A stretch of 60,024 nt of DNA, taken from positions 1-60,024 of the IMG/VR virus record IMGVR_UViG_3300042455_000193. One strand, given 5' to 3'. Under the pieces are notes generated by a model. That model ran no database searches and was not told the DNA's origin. It saw only the letters and a program-made list of their open reading frames with translations. This document shows, piece after piece, positions 1 to 8,934 of this stretch (its first letter is position 1; every line of letters begins with the position of its first letter). This DNA is from a virus. Lineage: Duplodnaviria; Caudoviricetes. Position numbers and translations under genes: made by a program.

Positions 1-319
1 TTCTTTCCATCCGCTCGTTCGCTTGATGGGTTCTCCATACTTCAATCTCCAATTCAATTCGTTTGATTTCAAAGCGCTGGAGTTCTTCAGCCTCCACTGC
101 ATCCCTTAATACTTCCAGATGTTTGACGTACTCCGGTCGTGAGTAAGACTCACGCTCCTGCGCAGACACGCTAGTGAATCCCTTACGCTCTGCATCTTTC
201 AGAAGCAGACTTAACAAACTCTTTTTGTATTCTTCTAAGTACACGCGATGAGACTTAGCCTGACTGTAGGGAGCTCCCTTCATCCGGTATTCATACAGTA
301 ATTTTTCAATGTCATGCAT
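1..319 (-). CDS. Partial copy of conserved helical phage protein (full copy 58904-59239)
   Basis: Same frame as the 111-aa ORF in the second repeat copy; truncated by the window edge. Confidence 0.8.
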   Translation of the reverse strand, partial: MHDIEKLLYEYRMKGAPYSQAKSHRVYLEEYKKSLLSLLLKDAERKGFTSVSAQERESYSRPEYVKHLEVLRDAVEAEELQRFEIKRIELEIEVWRTHQANERMER

Positions 320-827
320 GTGTAGCTCCTTGTAAAACTGTTAACAAATCTTCAATAGAACCAAGGTGCTGTTGCAGCACACTGTGGCGTGGTCCGTAGC
401 CAAAGTCCTCTACTGTTTTGATCCGGCGAAACTTATCTTTAGAGATAGCGCCAGTTAACCTGACGCTTGCAGGTCCAGTCACTGCTGCACCAACAAGAAT
501 GTCAGCCCTGACATCATCAATGTCATCAACGTACAGTCTGTTATTGCTGCCGTAATCTTTTGATAGCGTCTTGACTTGAATCCTTTTGTCTGAATGCCTG
601 ATGTCTGAGCCATCATCACCATAAAAAAGCAAGTCAACATGAAATGGAATACCCAATACTTTGCATAAGCCTGACTCACCCATCAACCCAATCAGATGAA
701 GTGCATAGTCATCAATGTCCGTGGTGTACTTTTTGTTTCGCAATTGATTTAGTTTCTTGGTCTCATAGATCAATGATGCGTAATGCAAGATCGTGTGCAT
801 CTCTGGTGCTGTGAAAATAACTTTCAT
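312..827 (-). CDS. Hypothetical protein, possible PD-(D/E)xK nuclease fold
   Basis: GE...D-G-S-D...IQVK pattern; ATG at 827 overlaps the upstream TGA; all 9 differences from the second copy are synonymous. Confidence 0.6.
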   Translation of the reverse strand: MKVIFTAPEMHTILHYASLIYETKKLNQLRNKKYTTDIDDYALHLIGLMGESGLCKVLGIPFHVDLLFYGDDGSDIRHSDKRIQVKTLSKDYGSNNRLYVDDIDDVRADILVGAAVTGPASVRLTGAISKDKFRRIKTVEDFGYGPRHSVLQQHLGSIEDLLTVLQGATHA

Positions 828-1117
828 TTCAACCCCAGCAATCCCTGCTTCCACATCTCTATGTGTGTGCGGCAGATAGCAGTCAAGATGTAGTCACGCT
901 TTTCTTCTTTGTTCATGCGTGTACCAGTGTCATACTTGATATGACAGGAGTAGCACAGCCACGCTGTCATGCAGTCGTGAGCCTTGTGCCCCATGCCTTT
1001 GTCATGCTCTTGCAAATTGCTATGCGCTGCCACAACAGTGCCATCATCTGCAAAGCACATGACACAGCGCTGCCCCTTGGCAAGCTTGAGTAACTTGTCG
1101 CTTCTAATCGTGGTCAT
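824..1117 (-). CDS. DUF1364/YbcO-like Zn-binding putative nuclease
   Basis: CxxC...VVAAH...KGMGxKAHD...LCxxCH signature. Confidence 0.75.
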   Translation of the reverse strand: MTTIRSDKLLKLAKGQRCVMCFADDGTVVAAHSNLQEHDKGMGHKAHDCMTAWLCYSCHIKYDTGTRMNKEEKRDYILTAICRTHIEMWKQGLLGLK

Positions 1118-2816
1118 GCGTCCAACTCCCTGCCGTGAATGAGTCCGCCATATCTCTAAAGCGCCCACAATCTGATCTCCATTTCAGATTGGCTACACCT
1201 CTATTGCCTAACCAACGTGAACGAATCTTCTGTACATGTACCTCAGTCGATGCGTTTGGGTTGCTCACATCACGGTGTACTGCCACGATGTTGTCTGCCT
1301 TGTTGTAGAAGTGGGCTGACCCTGATACCGAGTAGCCATCTGGTACTGGGTAGGTTCCATCTTTGTCTTTGAACAGCTTGGCAGGGTGGGCAACCAACCA
1401 GATGTGGACTGACTGCTGACGGGCAAAGGTGCGAAGCTGAGTAAGGAATGAGGAGACATACTCTGTCTCGTTAATTCCTTCTTTGCGTCTTGTGTGATCA
1501 AGCTCGTTGTATGGATCAATGATCAACCCCTTCAATCCGTGTCGGCGTACCAGTACCTTGGCTTTATCCAAGACTGAGTCAAGGGTGGGTGTCTCTGGCA
1601 GGATGAAGTGAAAGTGTTCGTGCAACCACTGCTTGGCTTCTGAGAATTCTTTGTCGGTTACAGCGCCGGGTTTGATTCGCTTGCTCATGCGCTTCTCAAG
1701 TAACTTGGCAGAGTGCCAAGTGATAGGCTGATTCTCTGGAGAGCAGACACCAAAGACCCATCCGGCTTGCTCTGCAATGTTGATTGCCAAAGCGTCCAAC
1801 CACTCAGACTTACCCATTGATGGGATGCCAGTGACCAGTGTCCATTGACCCGGAGCGGGGGTGTATAACTTGTCTACGCCTTCCCATCCAGTGGGCTCGC
1901 CTTGGGGTAGCCCGTTGTCAAGCAAAGACTGAAGTTCATCTTCGATGTCCAGTACTGAGAACACACCCTCGACAGGGTAGATCTGCGCTGAGTTGATGCA
2001 CTCACGCAATATTTCCACGCCATGTTTGATGAGTACCTCATTGGCATCCTTGCAGTTGGCTACCCAAGTAACCTTTGCACACCTCTCACGCCCAAGTCTG
2101 CGGGATAACTCTTCTTCGAGGCGCTTGCCCGGCTCGTCTGCATCTACTGCGATGATGAACTTCTTGACTGCATCAAGGCGCTCGTCATTGAGGAAATCAA
2201 ACTTGGTGTCGAATGACTTGGCTGTGGGGGAGGGTGCGCCATCGGGTACGGAGATGGCGTTCTTGAATCCTGCTACCTCGAGCGACAGCGCATCCATCTC
2301 CCCCTCTGTGATGATCGTGCATTCGTCATCGATATCGTCGTACTTGTACAGGATCTTCTCAGCCCCTGCGACTTGGCGAAAGTTCTTACCGCCATCCCTG
2401 TACTTGACGTTGACAACCTCACCGCCACGAATGTAGGGAAATGCTACGCAATTAGCCTCATCCTCGATCTGCGGCATCCACACACGCTCGACAGCAATCC
2501 TGTTGCGAGCAATGACATCCACTGTGATCTTTCGATCATCAAAGAACTGCAAGGATTTGTCTGTCAGAGCAGATGGGCGGTGCTCGGGCCTGACGAACAG
2601 CTTCTTGTGGGCGATGGTTGGTGCGTTGTACTCACCTTGGATGAGACCGCCAGACCAACCGCAATGCCAACAGTGCCAGACTTGTTTGTCTGTGTTGACG
2701 TTGAGGCAGGGGTAGGTCTTTTTCTGGCGTAGATGTGAGCATTTGGGGCACTGAACCTTAACTTCTGTGCCGCTTTTGCCATCAAGAACGATACCAAAAT
2801 CTGCAAAAGATTTCAT
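1104..2816 (-). CDS. Bifunctional primase-helicase (T7 gp4/Twinkle type)
   Basis: N-terminal CPKC/CWHC zinc finger, TOPRIM (ITEGEMDAL, DAD), Walker A GIPSMGKS, IIDPYN, VAHP; AAGGAG RBS 8 nt upstream. Confidence 0.93.
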   Translation of the reverse strand: MKSFADFGIVLDGKSGTEVKVQCPKCSHLRQKKTYPCLNVNTDKQVWHCWHCGWSGGLIQGEYNAPTIAHKKLFVRPEHRPSALTDKSLQFFDDRKITVDVIARNRIAVERVWMPQIEDEANCVAFPYIRGGEVVNVKYRDGGKNFRQVAGAEKILYKYDDIDDECTIITEGEMDALSLEVAGFKNAISVPDGAPSPTAKSFDTKFDFLNDERLDAVKKFIIAVDADEPGKRLEEELSRRLGRERCAKVTWVANCKDANEVLIKHGVEILRECINSAQIYPVEGVFSVLDIEDELQSLLDNGLPQGEPTGWEGVDKLYTPAPGQWTLVTGIPSMGKSEWLDALAINIAEQAGWVFGVCSPENQPITWHSAKLLEKRMSKRIKPGAVTDKEFSEAKQWLHEHFHFILPETPTLDSVLDKAKVLVRRHGLKGLIIDPYNELDHTRRKEGINETEYVSSFLTQLRTFARQQSVHIWLVAHPAKLFKDKDGTYPVPDGYSVSGSAHFYNKADNIVAVHRDVSNPNASTEVHVQKIRSRWLGNRGVANLKWRSDCGRFRDMADSFTAGSWTHDHD

Positions 2817-2833
2817 ACCAAGCACTCCTTGGC

Positions 2834-2848
2834 ATGAGCTTTGCTAAT
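2834..2848. promoter_or_regulatory. Palindromic operator-like site upstream of primase-helicase
   Basis: ATGAGCTTTGCTAAT, 12/14 match to ATTAGCAnTGCTAAT. Confidence 0.6.
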
Positions 2849-2849
2849 A

Positions 2850-3110
2850 TTTATAAATATATATCTATAGTTTTCTAGAGTAAGATAGTTAACTATAGAA
2901 GAATAGTTAGCTATAGTTTTCTTTAATAATTTCTTAAAGAAATTATTATTAGTACACAAATGTATTAGATAACTATTTACAACTATCGAGATTTGTAATC
3001 GAACTTCACAAAAATTTACAAGATTAATCCCTATAATTTTTGCGAGATTCGTAACTGGTGTGTAACAATTGATGTATAACATTTTTAAATTGTGCTTTAG
3101 AAGAGTTATC
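2850..3110. other. AT-rich intergenic region, candidate replication origin / divergent promoters
   Basis: Very AT-rich; repeats CTATAGTTTTCT x2 and TAGTTA(A/G)CTATAG x2; adjacent to primase-helicase. Confidence 0.45.
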
Positions 3111-3115
3111 AATAC

Positions 3116-3130
3116 TTTAGCACAGCTAAT
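3116..3130. promoter_or_regulatory. Operator-like site upstream of the repressor
   Basis: TTTAGCACAGCTAAT, 12/14 match. Confidence 0.6.
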
Positions 3131-3178
3131 AATGCCAAACAATGCTTTGATGTTTGAATCAACATAGGAGAATCCCTG

Positions 3179-3769
3179 ATGGCATCAAGAAGAGAGTTAA
3201 CAGCCGAAGAAATGGCTGATACACAGCGACTGCAGCAGCTGTGGAAATCGCGTGCACACACCCTTGGACTGACCCAAGCCAAGGCAAGCCAGATGTTTGG
3301 CTTTGCCAATCAAAGCGCTATCAGTCAGTACCTCAATGGGCGTATCCCTTTGAACATGGAAACTACGACTCGCTTTGCTGCGCTGCTCAAAGTTCCACTC
3401 GGTGATATCTCCCCAAGTCACGCAAGCAGAACAACATCAACTTCCCCACTGATGAACGCTATGAGAAAAGCGTTTAAGACAGGGGACAACTGTGATCTGA
3501 TTGCTGTGACCAGCGGCATGCAAGACATCGTTGGCAACTCCGATTACCTTCTTGTTGACAAGAGCCAAAAGAAACCCGCTAAAGGCGTTTTCTTGGTGGG
3601 TGTAGGCGCTGATACCAGAACACTGCGTTTATCGCCCTACAAGTCTTCCTATCGAGTTACAGGGCTAGTGCCAGGAAGTGAAGTCTCTCTACCCAAAGAG
3701 GCACTGGAAGCTATGAACATTATCGGCAAGGTTGCTGGCGTGATGATGATGCTTCAAGAAGACTTTTAA
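3179..3769 (+). CDS. CI-like repressor (XRE HTH plus degenerate S24-like C-terminal domain)
   Basis: LTQAKASQMFGFANQSAISQYLNG helix-turn-helix; DYLLVD...IIGKV S24-like remnants. Confidence 0.85.
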   Translation: MASRRELTAEEMADTQRLQQLWKSRAHTLGLTQAKASQMFGFANQSAISQYLNGRIPLNMETTTRFAALLKVPLGDISPSHASRTTSTSPLMNAMRKAFKTGDNCDLIAVTSGMQDIVGNSDYLLVDKSQKKPAKGVFLVGVGADTRTLRLSPYKSSYRVTGLVPGSEVSLPKEALEAMNIIGKVAGVMMMLQEDF

Positions 3770-3792
3770 ATCTGCTGTTAGGGTTTGTCATT

Positions 3793-3834
3793 ATTAGCAT
3801 TGCTATTGTAATTTGATCAAAGTCAATATATGAT
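3793..3834 (+). promoter_or_regulatory. Operator overlapping a sigma70-like promoter of the recombination operon
   Basis: ATTAGCATTGCTATT (13/14) at 3793-3807; TTGTAA (3806)-17 bp-TATGAT (3829). Confidence 0.6.
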
Positions 3835-3881
3835 TGGCACTCCAACGCAAAGGTTGGTGTTACAAATCATAGGAGTTGACG

Positions 3882-4589
3882 ATGGTCAAAGAGGTGATGG
3901 GACACGTTGTCCCCCATGTGTATCAAGCAATTGCCGAGGTCATGTCTCGGTTAGCCAAAGACGGTATCGGTAAAGACCGTCGCAATGAACAGCAGGGATA
4001 CGCCTTTCGGGGTATCGATGATGTCTACAACGCACTAGCACCCATCCTTGCGGATGTCGGTCTGTGCATACTCCCACAAGTCAAGTCTCGTGAAGTCGTT
4101 GAGAGAACCTCCGGTAATGGGCGTACTCTTTTCTACGTCAACGTAGACGTAGACTTTTCTTTTGTCTCCACAAAGGATGGCTCTTGCCACGTTGTGTCCA
4201 TGCCCGGTGAGGCAATGGATTCGGGAGACAAAGCAACCAACAAAGCAATGTCAGCGGCGTACAAGTACGCATGCTTGCAAACGTTTTGTATTCCCACTGA
4301 GGGTGACAATGATGCGGATGCAACAACACACAATGTTAGCGCCGCTCCCGCAGTCAAAGTCGTAGCGCCCAAAGTATCAGCAGTAAAAAAACCTCAGTCG
4401 CAAGACAAGCTAATCGGTGAAGCTGAAGTTCAAACTATCACCAACCTAGCGCAACATGCAGGTATCACGCTTGAGCAAATCTGCTCCAAGCACAACATCC
4501 CATTCATCGAATTGCTACCCCTTGCTAAAGCCGGGGATGTGATCAAACGTCTACAAGAACTGTCAGTAACCACAGGAGAAACAGCATGA
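3882..4589 (+). CDS. erf: ERF-family single-strand annealing protein
   Basis: YAFRGIDDVYN and GEAMDSGDKATNKAMSAAYKYA motifs; AGGAG RBS. Confidence 0.88.
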   Translation: MVKEVMGHVVPHVYQAIAEVMSRLAKDGIGKDRRNEQQGYAFRGIDDVYNALAPILADVGLCILPQVKSREVVERTSGNGRTLFYVNVDVDFSFVSTKDGSCHVVSMPGEAMDSGDKATNKAMSAAYKYACLQTFCIPTEGDNDADATTHNVSAAPAVKVVAPKVSAVKKPQSQDKLIGEAEVQTITNLAQHAGITLEQICSKHNIPFIELLPLAKAGDVIKRLQELSVTTGETA

Positions 4590-4858
4590 GTTATCAACAA
4601 GCACCACAACAAATCTCTTTGATTGTGTTTAAAAACAAATACAAATCTAAACCTACACACCCTGACATGACGGGAACCATGACGTTGCCTGATGGCAAAC
4701 AGATGGAGATCTCTTTGTGGAACAAGGTAAGCGAGACTTCTGGCGAAGAATTCTACGCAGGTAACGCAAAAGAAAAGTGGGTCAAGCCTGAAGGCTATGT
4801 GTCCAAGGGACAGCCTCGCACCCAAGCCAATCAGAACCGAGTCAAGATCGATTTCTAA
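4586..4858 (+). CDS. Small putative ssDNA-binding protein
   Basis: FKNKYK...HPDMTG...ISLW pattern; lies between ERF and the exonuclease. Confidence 0.55.
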   Translation: MSYQQAPQQISLIVFKNKYKSKPTHPDMTGTMTLPDGKQMEISLWNKVSETSGEEFYAGNAKEKWVKPEGYVSKGQPRTQANQNRVKIDF

Positions 4859-5692
4859 ATGAACTTCACCAATCTACACGGGCTACCTCAAGCCTTGGTG
4901 GATGCGGTGATGAAAGATTCATACGTGGGCGGGGGAGATATCTCCGTCACACGCTTGATCGATACACCACAACGCCGAGTCTTGGAGCGTAAGCACAAGA
5001 ACGTCATCGTCGAAGATGTCATTGAGCGCATGTTCTCCATGTGGGGACAGGTTGCTCACGGCATCCTTGAGCGTAGTGACAAGGAAGCTATTGTTGAAGA
5101 GCGCCTGTACATGGAAGTCAATGGTTGGAAGTTGTCGGGTCAGCTCGACAGGCTACTTACTGCCAATGAATCCATTGAAGACTGGAAGACTCTCTCAGTC
5201 TTTAAGAAAGACTCGGACGCATGGGAGAAGCAGCTCAACATCTACCGCTTGCTTGCGCACAAGAATGGCTACAAGGTAAACCAACTCAAGGTCAACGCCA
5301 TCTACAGAGATTGGCGCAGGTTTGAAGCCAAGCGGGGAGGGGACTATCCGCCCATTCCCTTTGCTGTGATCGACATTCCTGTCTGGACATTGGAAGAAAC
5401 AGAGGAGTACGTTGCCACTCGGGTTGCCATGCATCAAGCAGCAGACCGTGGTGATGTTACGCCATGTACGGATGAGGAGCGGTGGGCAACACCAACAACC
5501 TACGCTCTCATGAAAGAAGGTGGCAAACGTGCCACTAAAGTAGCGCCAACAAAAGAGGAACTCGGAGACCCAGCCAAAGGATTCTTTATCGAAGAACGCC
5601 TTGGTGGATACCGACGATGTGAAGAATTTTGTTCTGTCGCTCCATTTTGTAAACAGTTCAATGGCGAACGCACACTGGAGAAACAAGAATGA
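4859..5692 (+). CDS. PD-(D/E)xK (Cas4/RecB-like) exonuclease
   Basis: G..AH, LSGQLD, EDWKT, QLNIY, C-terminal C..C...C. Confidence 0.82.
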   Translation: MNFTNLHGLPQALVDAVMKDSYVGGGDISVTRLIDTPQRRVLERKHKNVIVEDVIERMFSMWGQVAHGILERSDKEAIVEERLYMEVNGWKLSGQLDRLLTANESIEDWKTLSVFKKDSDAWEKQLNIYRLLAHKNGYKVNQLKVNAIYRDWRRFEAKRGGDYPPIPFAVIDIPVWTLEETEEYVATRVAMHQAADRGDVTPCTDEERWATPTTYALMKEGGKRATKVAPTKEELGDPAKGFFIEERLGGYRRCEEFCSVAPFCKQFNGERTLEKQE

Positions 5693-5898
5693 TCCTAGAT
5701 GTCAACGAAGCAGCTAATTTTTTAGGGGTCTCAACTGAGACCATTCGTATCCTTGCTCGAGGCAAGAAGATCCCAAGCGCCAAGATAGGTCGCCAATGGA
5801 GATTTCAGCAAGACGATTTAATAACTTTTTTGAGGAGCCAATATGAACCAACAAAAAATACAACTGGCTCAGATGCACAAACAGCAGTACCTGCATGA
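5689..5898 (+). CDS. xis: Excisionase-like HTH DNA-binding protein
   Basis: LDVNEAANFLGVS...IPSAKIGRQWRF. Confidence 0.8.
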   Translation: MILDVNEAANFLGVSTETIRILARGKKIPSAKIGRQWRFQQDDLITFLRSQYEPTKNTTGSDAQTAVPA

Positions 5899-6100
5899 GT
5901 GGATAGAAGAGTGGTGGGTTCAAGCGCATGAGGATCGTGAGTACATATCGTCTGCTGATTGGGCAAACGTTGCTGTCACCATGATTGCCATGCTGATCAA
6001 CGCCTCAAGCGACAAGCTTGAAGACAGAGAGAAGCTAGCGTTTGAGACAAGCAAGATGATCCACGATGCGCTGTCAGCGTACAACCATTTGGAGCAGTGA
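5843..6100 (+). CDS. Hypothetical protein
   Basis: GAGGAG RBS, coupled to the next ORF. Confidence 0.6.
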   Translation: MNQQKIQLAQMHKQQYLHEWIEEWWVQAHEDREYISSADWANVAVTMIAMLINASSDKLEDREKLAFETSKMIHDALSAYNHLEQ

Positions 6101-6321
6101 TGTTCTGCCCAGTTTGTGGGGAGCAGACAAAGATTCTGCAAACCCGCCTACTGGCAGATGGATCAAAGAAGAGAAGAAGAGAGTGCCTCGATTGTGAGGT
6201 GAGGTTTACTTCAGTCGAGAAGCTCTCTTCAATCCCAAAGCCCAAAGCAGTTCGCGGCATTAAACGGGAGAGTCAGGAGGTTGGTTCAGCACCTCCGGAT
6301 CTCTCAAAGTTATGGCGGTGA
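6097..6321 (+). CDS. NrdR-N-like zinc-ribbon protein
   Basis: CPVC...TR...RRRECxxCxxRFTSVE. Confidence 0.75.
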   Translation: MMFCPVCGEQTKILQTRLLADGSKKRRRECLDCEVRFTSVEKLSSIPKPKAVRGIKRESQEVGSAPPDLSKLWR

Positions 6322-6324
6322 GGC

Positions 6325-6636
6325 ATGGAGTCAAAGCTTCGCTTCACCCCAAGTCAAGCGAGTAGGGAGGATGAGTGGGCAATGCAGTTGTACGAGTGTC
6401 GCAAGAGGTTTTGTGAACACGTATCGATTGCTTTGCAGACTCGCTCTCCTACCCGCCGAAGAGAACTCTACGAAGGATGGCGTAAAGAGTTTGGAGATGC
6501 AGCCACAAGAGATTGGGCCAAGTATGCAGAAGGTGTGTATGCGGGGGGGGATACCAAGCTGCTCGAGAACCTACGCAAGATGACGCAAGAGTTACCCAAA
6601 TCAATTCCTAGTTACATGATTGTGAGGGAAACATGA
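6325..6636 (+). CDS. Hypothetical protein
   Basis: Tightly packed ORF in the operon. Confidence 0.6.
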   Translation: MESKLRFTPSQASREDEWAMQLYECRKRFCEHVSIALQTRSPTRRRELYEGWRKEFGDAATRDWAKYAEGVYAGGDTKLLENLRKMTQELPKSIPSYMIVRET

Positions 6637-6902
6637 ATACTGAAGATGATGAGTTCCGCCGAATTGAGCGGGAGAATAAATTAAAAAGTAGCGGCATGGA
6701 CTGCTGCACATACGACTGCATACAGGGTAGGGACTGCCCGGTGCGTAAAGCTAAGTGGTCTAACCTGAGTGAGAAGGAGATGTTATTGGCTTACGGCTGG
6801 GGTGAGCAGGAGGTTGCTAGCTGGCAAATCAGGTTTGCCAAGGAGAAGATTTTGGAAGGACTCAGAAGCGTTGAGTCTGCGATCAGGAGTAAGAACACAT
6901 GA
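6633..6902 (+). CDS. Hypothetical protein with Cys cluster
   Basis: CCTYDCIQGRDCPVR; ATGA coupling at both ends. Confidence 0.6.
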   Translation: MNTEDDEFRRIERENKLKSSGMDCCTYDCIQGRDCPVRKAKWSNLSEKEMLLAYGWGEQEVASWQIRFAKEKILEGLRSVESAIRSKNT

Positions 6903-7084
6903 GCCGCAAAGGACCTAGCTTTGAGTCGTGGAGCATTGAGAATTTAATTAAGTTCTCCAGCGAGGCATACGAAAAACTATGCCAACAAGATGACTACATC
7001 CAGCAACTTCAATGCGATTTGAAGACTGCCATAGAGGCTTACAGAAAACTCAATGAAAAAGTTGGTGACCATGACACAAGATGA
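6899..7084 (+). CDS. Hypothetical coiled-coil protein
   Basis: ATGA coupling. Confidence 0.55.
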   Translation: MSRKGPSFESWSIENLIKFSSEAYEKLCQQDDYIQQLQCDLKTAIEAYRKLNEKVGDHDTR

Positions 7085-7289
7085 AATCATTGAGATGGCT
7101 AAACAGGCTGGATTTAGGATTGGTTTAGATATTCCAAGCATTTATGAGGCACATGAACGCTTTGCCAAGCTAGTAGCACAGCATGAGCGTGAGGCGTGTG
7201 CTTATTGGGCAGGGATTGCACTACTTGGCGCTGATCAACGCCTCTCGAATCGAGTAGATCAAGCCATCCGAGCAAGGGGACAAGCATGA
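7071..7289 (+). CDS. Hypothetical protein (MTQDEIIEMA...EREACA...AIRARG type)
   Basis: Terminal motifs I recall from a common phage small-ORF family; coupled to the next ORF. Confidence 0.65.
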   Translation: MTQDEIIEMAKQAGFRIGLDIPSIYEAHERFAKLVAQHEREACAYWAGIALLGADQRLSNRVDQAIRARGQA

Positions 7290-7759
7290 CTAAAGACGAA
7301 GCATTACGCCTTGCATTGGAGGCGTTGGAAAAACTCTGGAACATCATTGACGACATAGACACTTATAGCGATATGGCAAAAGCGGATGAAAAGCTATATC
7401 GTTCATTGGTTGAACGCAGACAGCGCCAGCGGTTTGAAGAAACTGGAATATCAACTGATGGCTATGAATTGCATGGGGGAGCCATCACCGCCATTAAAGC
7501 CGCACTAGAAGCGAAGGATGAGCCTGTGGCTTGGGCGATGTTGCATGACAATGGACATTTCATTGATGCAATACACCCTAATGAACACGCAAGAGTAGAA
7601 GGCGAATACATCACACCTCTTTACACCACCCCACCACAGCGCATATGGGTAGATGTGCCGCTAGATGAAATTCCAGAAATCTATATTGGCGACCTCGCTT
7701 TTGTGCATGGCGTTCAGTGGGCCCAAGCCAAACTAAAAGAATTAAACACCACCAATTAA
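7286..7759 (+). CDS. Hypothetical protein (EALRLALEALE...EPVAW...PLYTTPPQR type)
   Basis: Modular motifs I recall from a common phage small-ORF family. Confidence 0.65.
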   Translation: MTKDEALRLALEALEKLWNIIDDIDTYSDMAKADEKLYRSLVERRQRQRFEETGISTDGYELHGGAITAIKAALEAKDEPVAWAMLHDNGHFIDAIHPNEHARVEGEYITPLYTTPPQRIWVDVPLDEIPEIYIGDLAFVHGVQWAQAKLKELNTTN

Positions 7760-7820
7760 CAGCTTTGCTATACTAATGTTCGCAAAGCTTTGTTGATTAG
7801 TGCCTACTAGAAGGATCTGT

Positions 7821-8903
7821 ATGGCAATCAAGCAAAGAGGCAGGGTCTGGTGGTACGAGTTTACGTTGAATGGGAAGTCCTACCGGGGCTCTTGTAAGAC
7901 GCAAGACGAGCATCAGGCACAGGAGTACCACGACAAGGTTAAGGCTGCTGCTTGGCGGCACTCGGTGGTGGGCGAGAAGGTCAGGCGTACATGGGGCGAG
8001 ACGCTCAAGCGCTGGCTGGGTGAGCACGAGAACAAGAAGTCGTATGTTGACGATACAAGGTACGCCGCTTTTTGGACTGAGGAGTTTGCTCGGGCGGGGG
8101 TTGTGTATCTGGATCAGATTACGCCAGACGCAGTGAGCAAGATTCGGGATGCCGAGGTTGGCAGAAAGCACAAGAGATCGGTGAATGTTGAGCGTGTGAT
8201 TTCAAAGAACACGGTTAACAGGAAGCTGGCTCTTCTTCGCAGTGTGATTAACGCCGCGCATGCCGAGTACTTGTGGTTGGAGACGAGACCGTTGTTCAGG
8301 GGGTTTACTGAGAACAATGAGATCGTGAGGTTTTTGGAGCCGCATGAGTTTGAGAGACTGCACAAGGCGTTGCCTAGTCCCTACAACCGGATGGCGCTCT
8401 TTGCGGTTAGCACGGGCTTGAGGTTCGGTAACGTTGGGGGCTTGAGGTGGGAGTATGTAAACCTTGCAAGGAGAACGGTGACGTTCCCTAGTACCTTGAT
8501 GAAGAATGGCAAGCCGTTTTCTGTGGCTTTAAATTCTTCGGCAACGGATGTGGTGAGAGCTCAGTTGGGTGCTAGTGATGAGTGGGTTTTTCCGAGCAGC
8601 ACGGGGGGAAGGATTCCATCCATTCCCTCCAAGATGTGGAAGAAGGCGCTGAAAGATTCTGGGATAGAGAACTTCAGGTGGCACGATCTTAGGCACACAT
8701 GGGCCTCGTGGTTGAGGCAAAGTGGGAAGGTAGGCTTGGATGTGATCCAAGAGATGGGGGGCTGGAAGTCAGCGGTGATGGTGCAGAGGTACGCACACAT
8801 GTCTGTTGAGCATTTGGCGCAGAGTGCGAGTGTGTTGGATGGGGTTTTAAACCCCTCACATTCTGCATTCGCACAAATCTCACACAACAGGGGTGTATTG
8901 TGA
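7821..8903 (+). CDS. int: Tyrosine integrase
   Basis: TGLRFG, K, HDLRHTW, GGW, RYAH catalytic set; N-terminal arm-binding-like strands; adjacent attP. Confidence 0.95.
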   Translation: MAIKQRGRVWWYEFTLNGKSYRGSCKTQDEHQAQEYHDKVKAAAWRHSVVGEKVRRTWGETLKRWLGEHENKKSYVDDTRYAAFWTEEFARAGVVYLDQITPDAVSKIRDAEVGRKHKRSVNVERVISKNTVNRKLALLRSVINAAHAEYLWLETRPLFRGFTENNEIVRFLEPHEFERLHKALPSPYNRMALFAVSTGLRFGNVGGLRWEYVNLARRTVTFPSTLMKNGKPFSVALNSSATDVVRAQLGASDEWVFPSSTGGRIPSIPSKMWKKALKDSGIENFRWHDLRHTWASWLRQSGKVGLDVIQEMGGWKSAVMVQRYAHMSVEHLAQSASVLDGVLNPSHSAFAQISHNRGVL

Positions 8904-8934
8904 GTAGCTCCTTACCTGCAAAGCTACTGGAATA

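Larger units (their letters stand above)
1..1104. repeat. Terminal redundancy / circular overlap, copy 1 (98.5% identical to 58921-60024)
   Basis: Line-by-line comparison: offset 58920, no indels, 17 substitutions. Confidence 0.97.

Noticed and set aside
1-1104. Diverged repeat pair as DGR template/variable repeats
   Set aside because: Changes are not adenine-specific, are mostly synonymous, span three genes, and no reverse transcriptase is present
1-1104. Fixed T7-type direct terminal repeat
   Set aside because: Both boundaries fall inside genes and the copies differ; fixed DTRs are copied identically
2813-3142. 109-aa ORF as Cro
   Set aside because: TTG start, composition driven by AT-rich repeats, no HTH pattern
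4859-5692. Cas4 as part of a CRISPR system
   Set aside because: Context is the ERF/SSB recombination module; no cas1/cas2 or array
6543-6550. G8 tract as a phase-variation switch
   Set aside because: Short, in frame (Ala-Gly-Gly-Asp) and no evidence of variation
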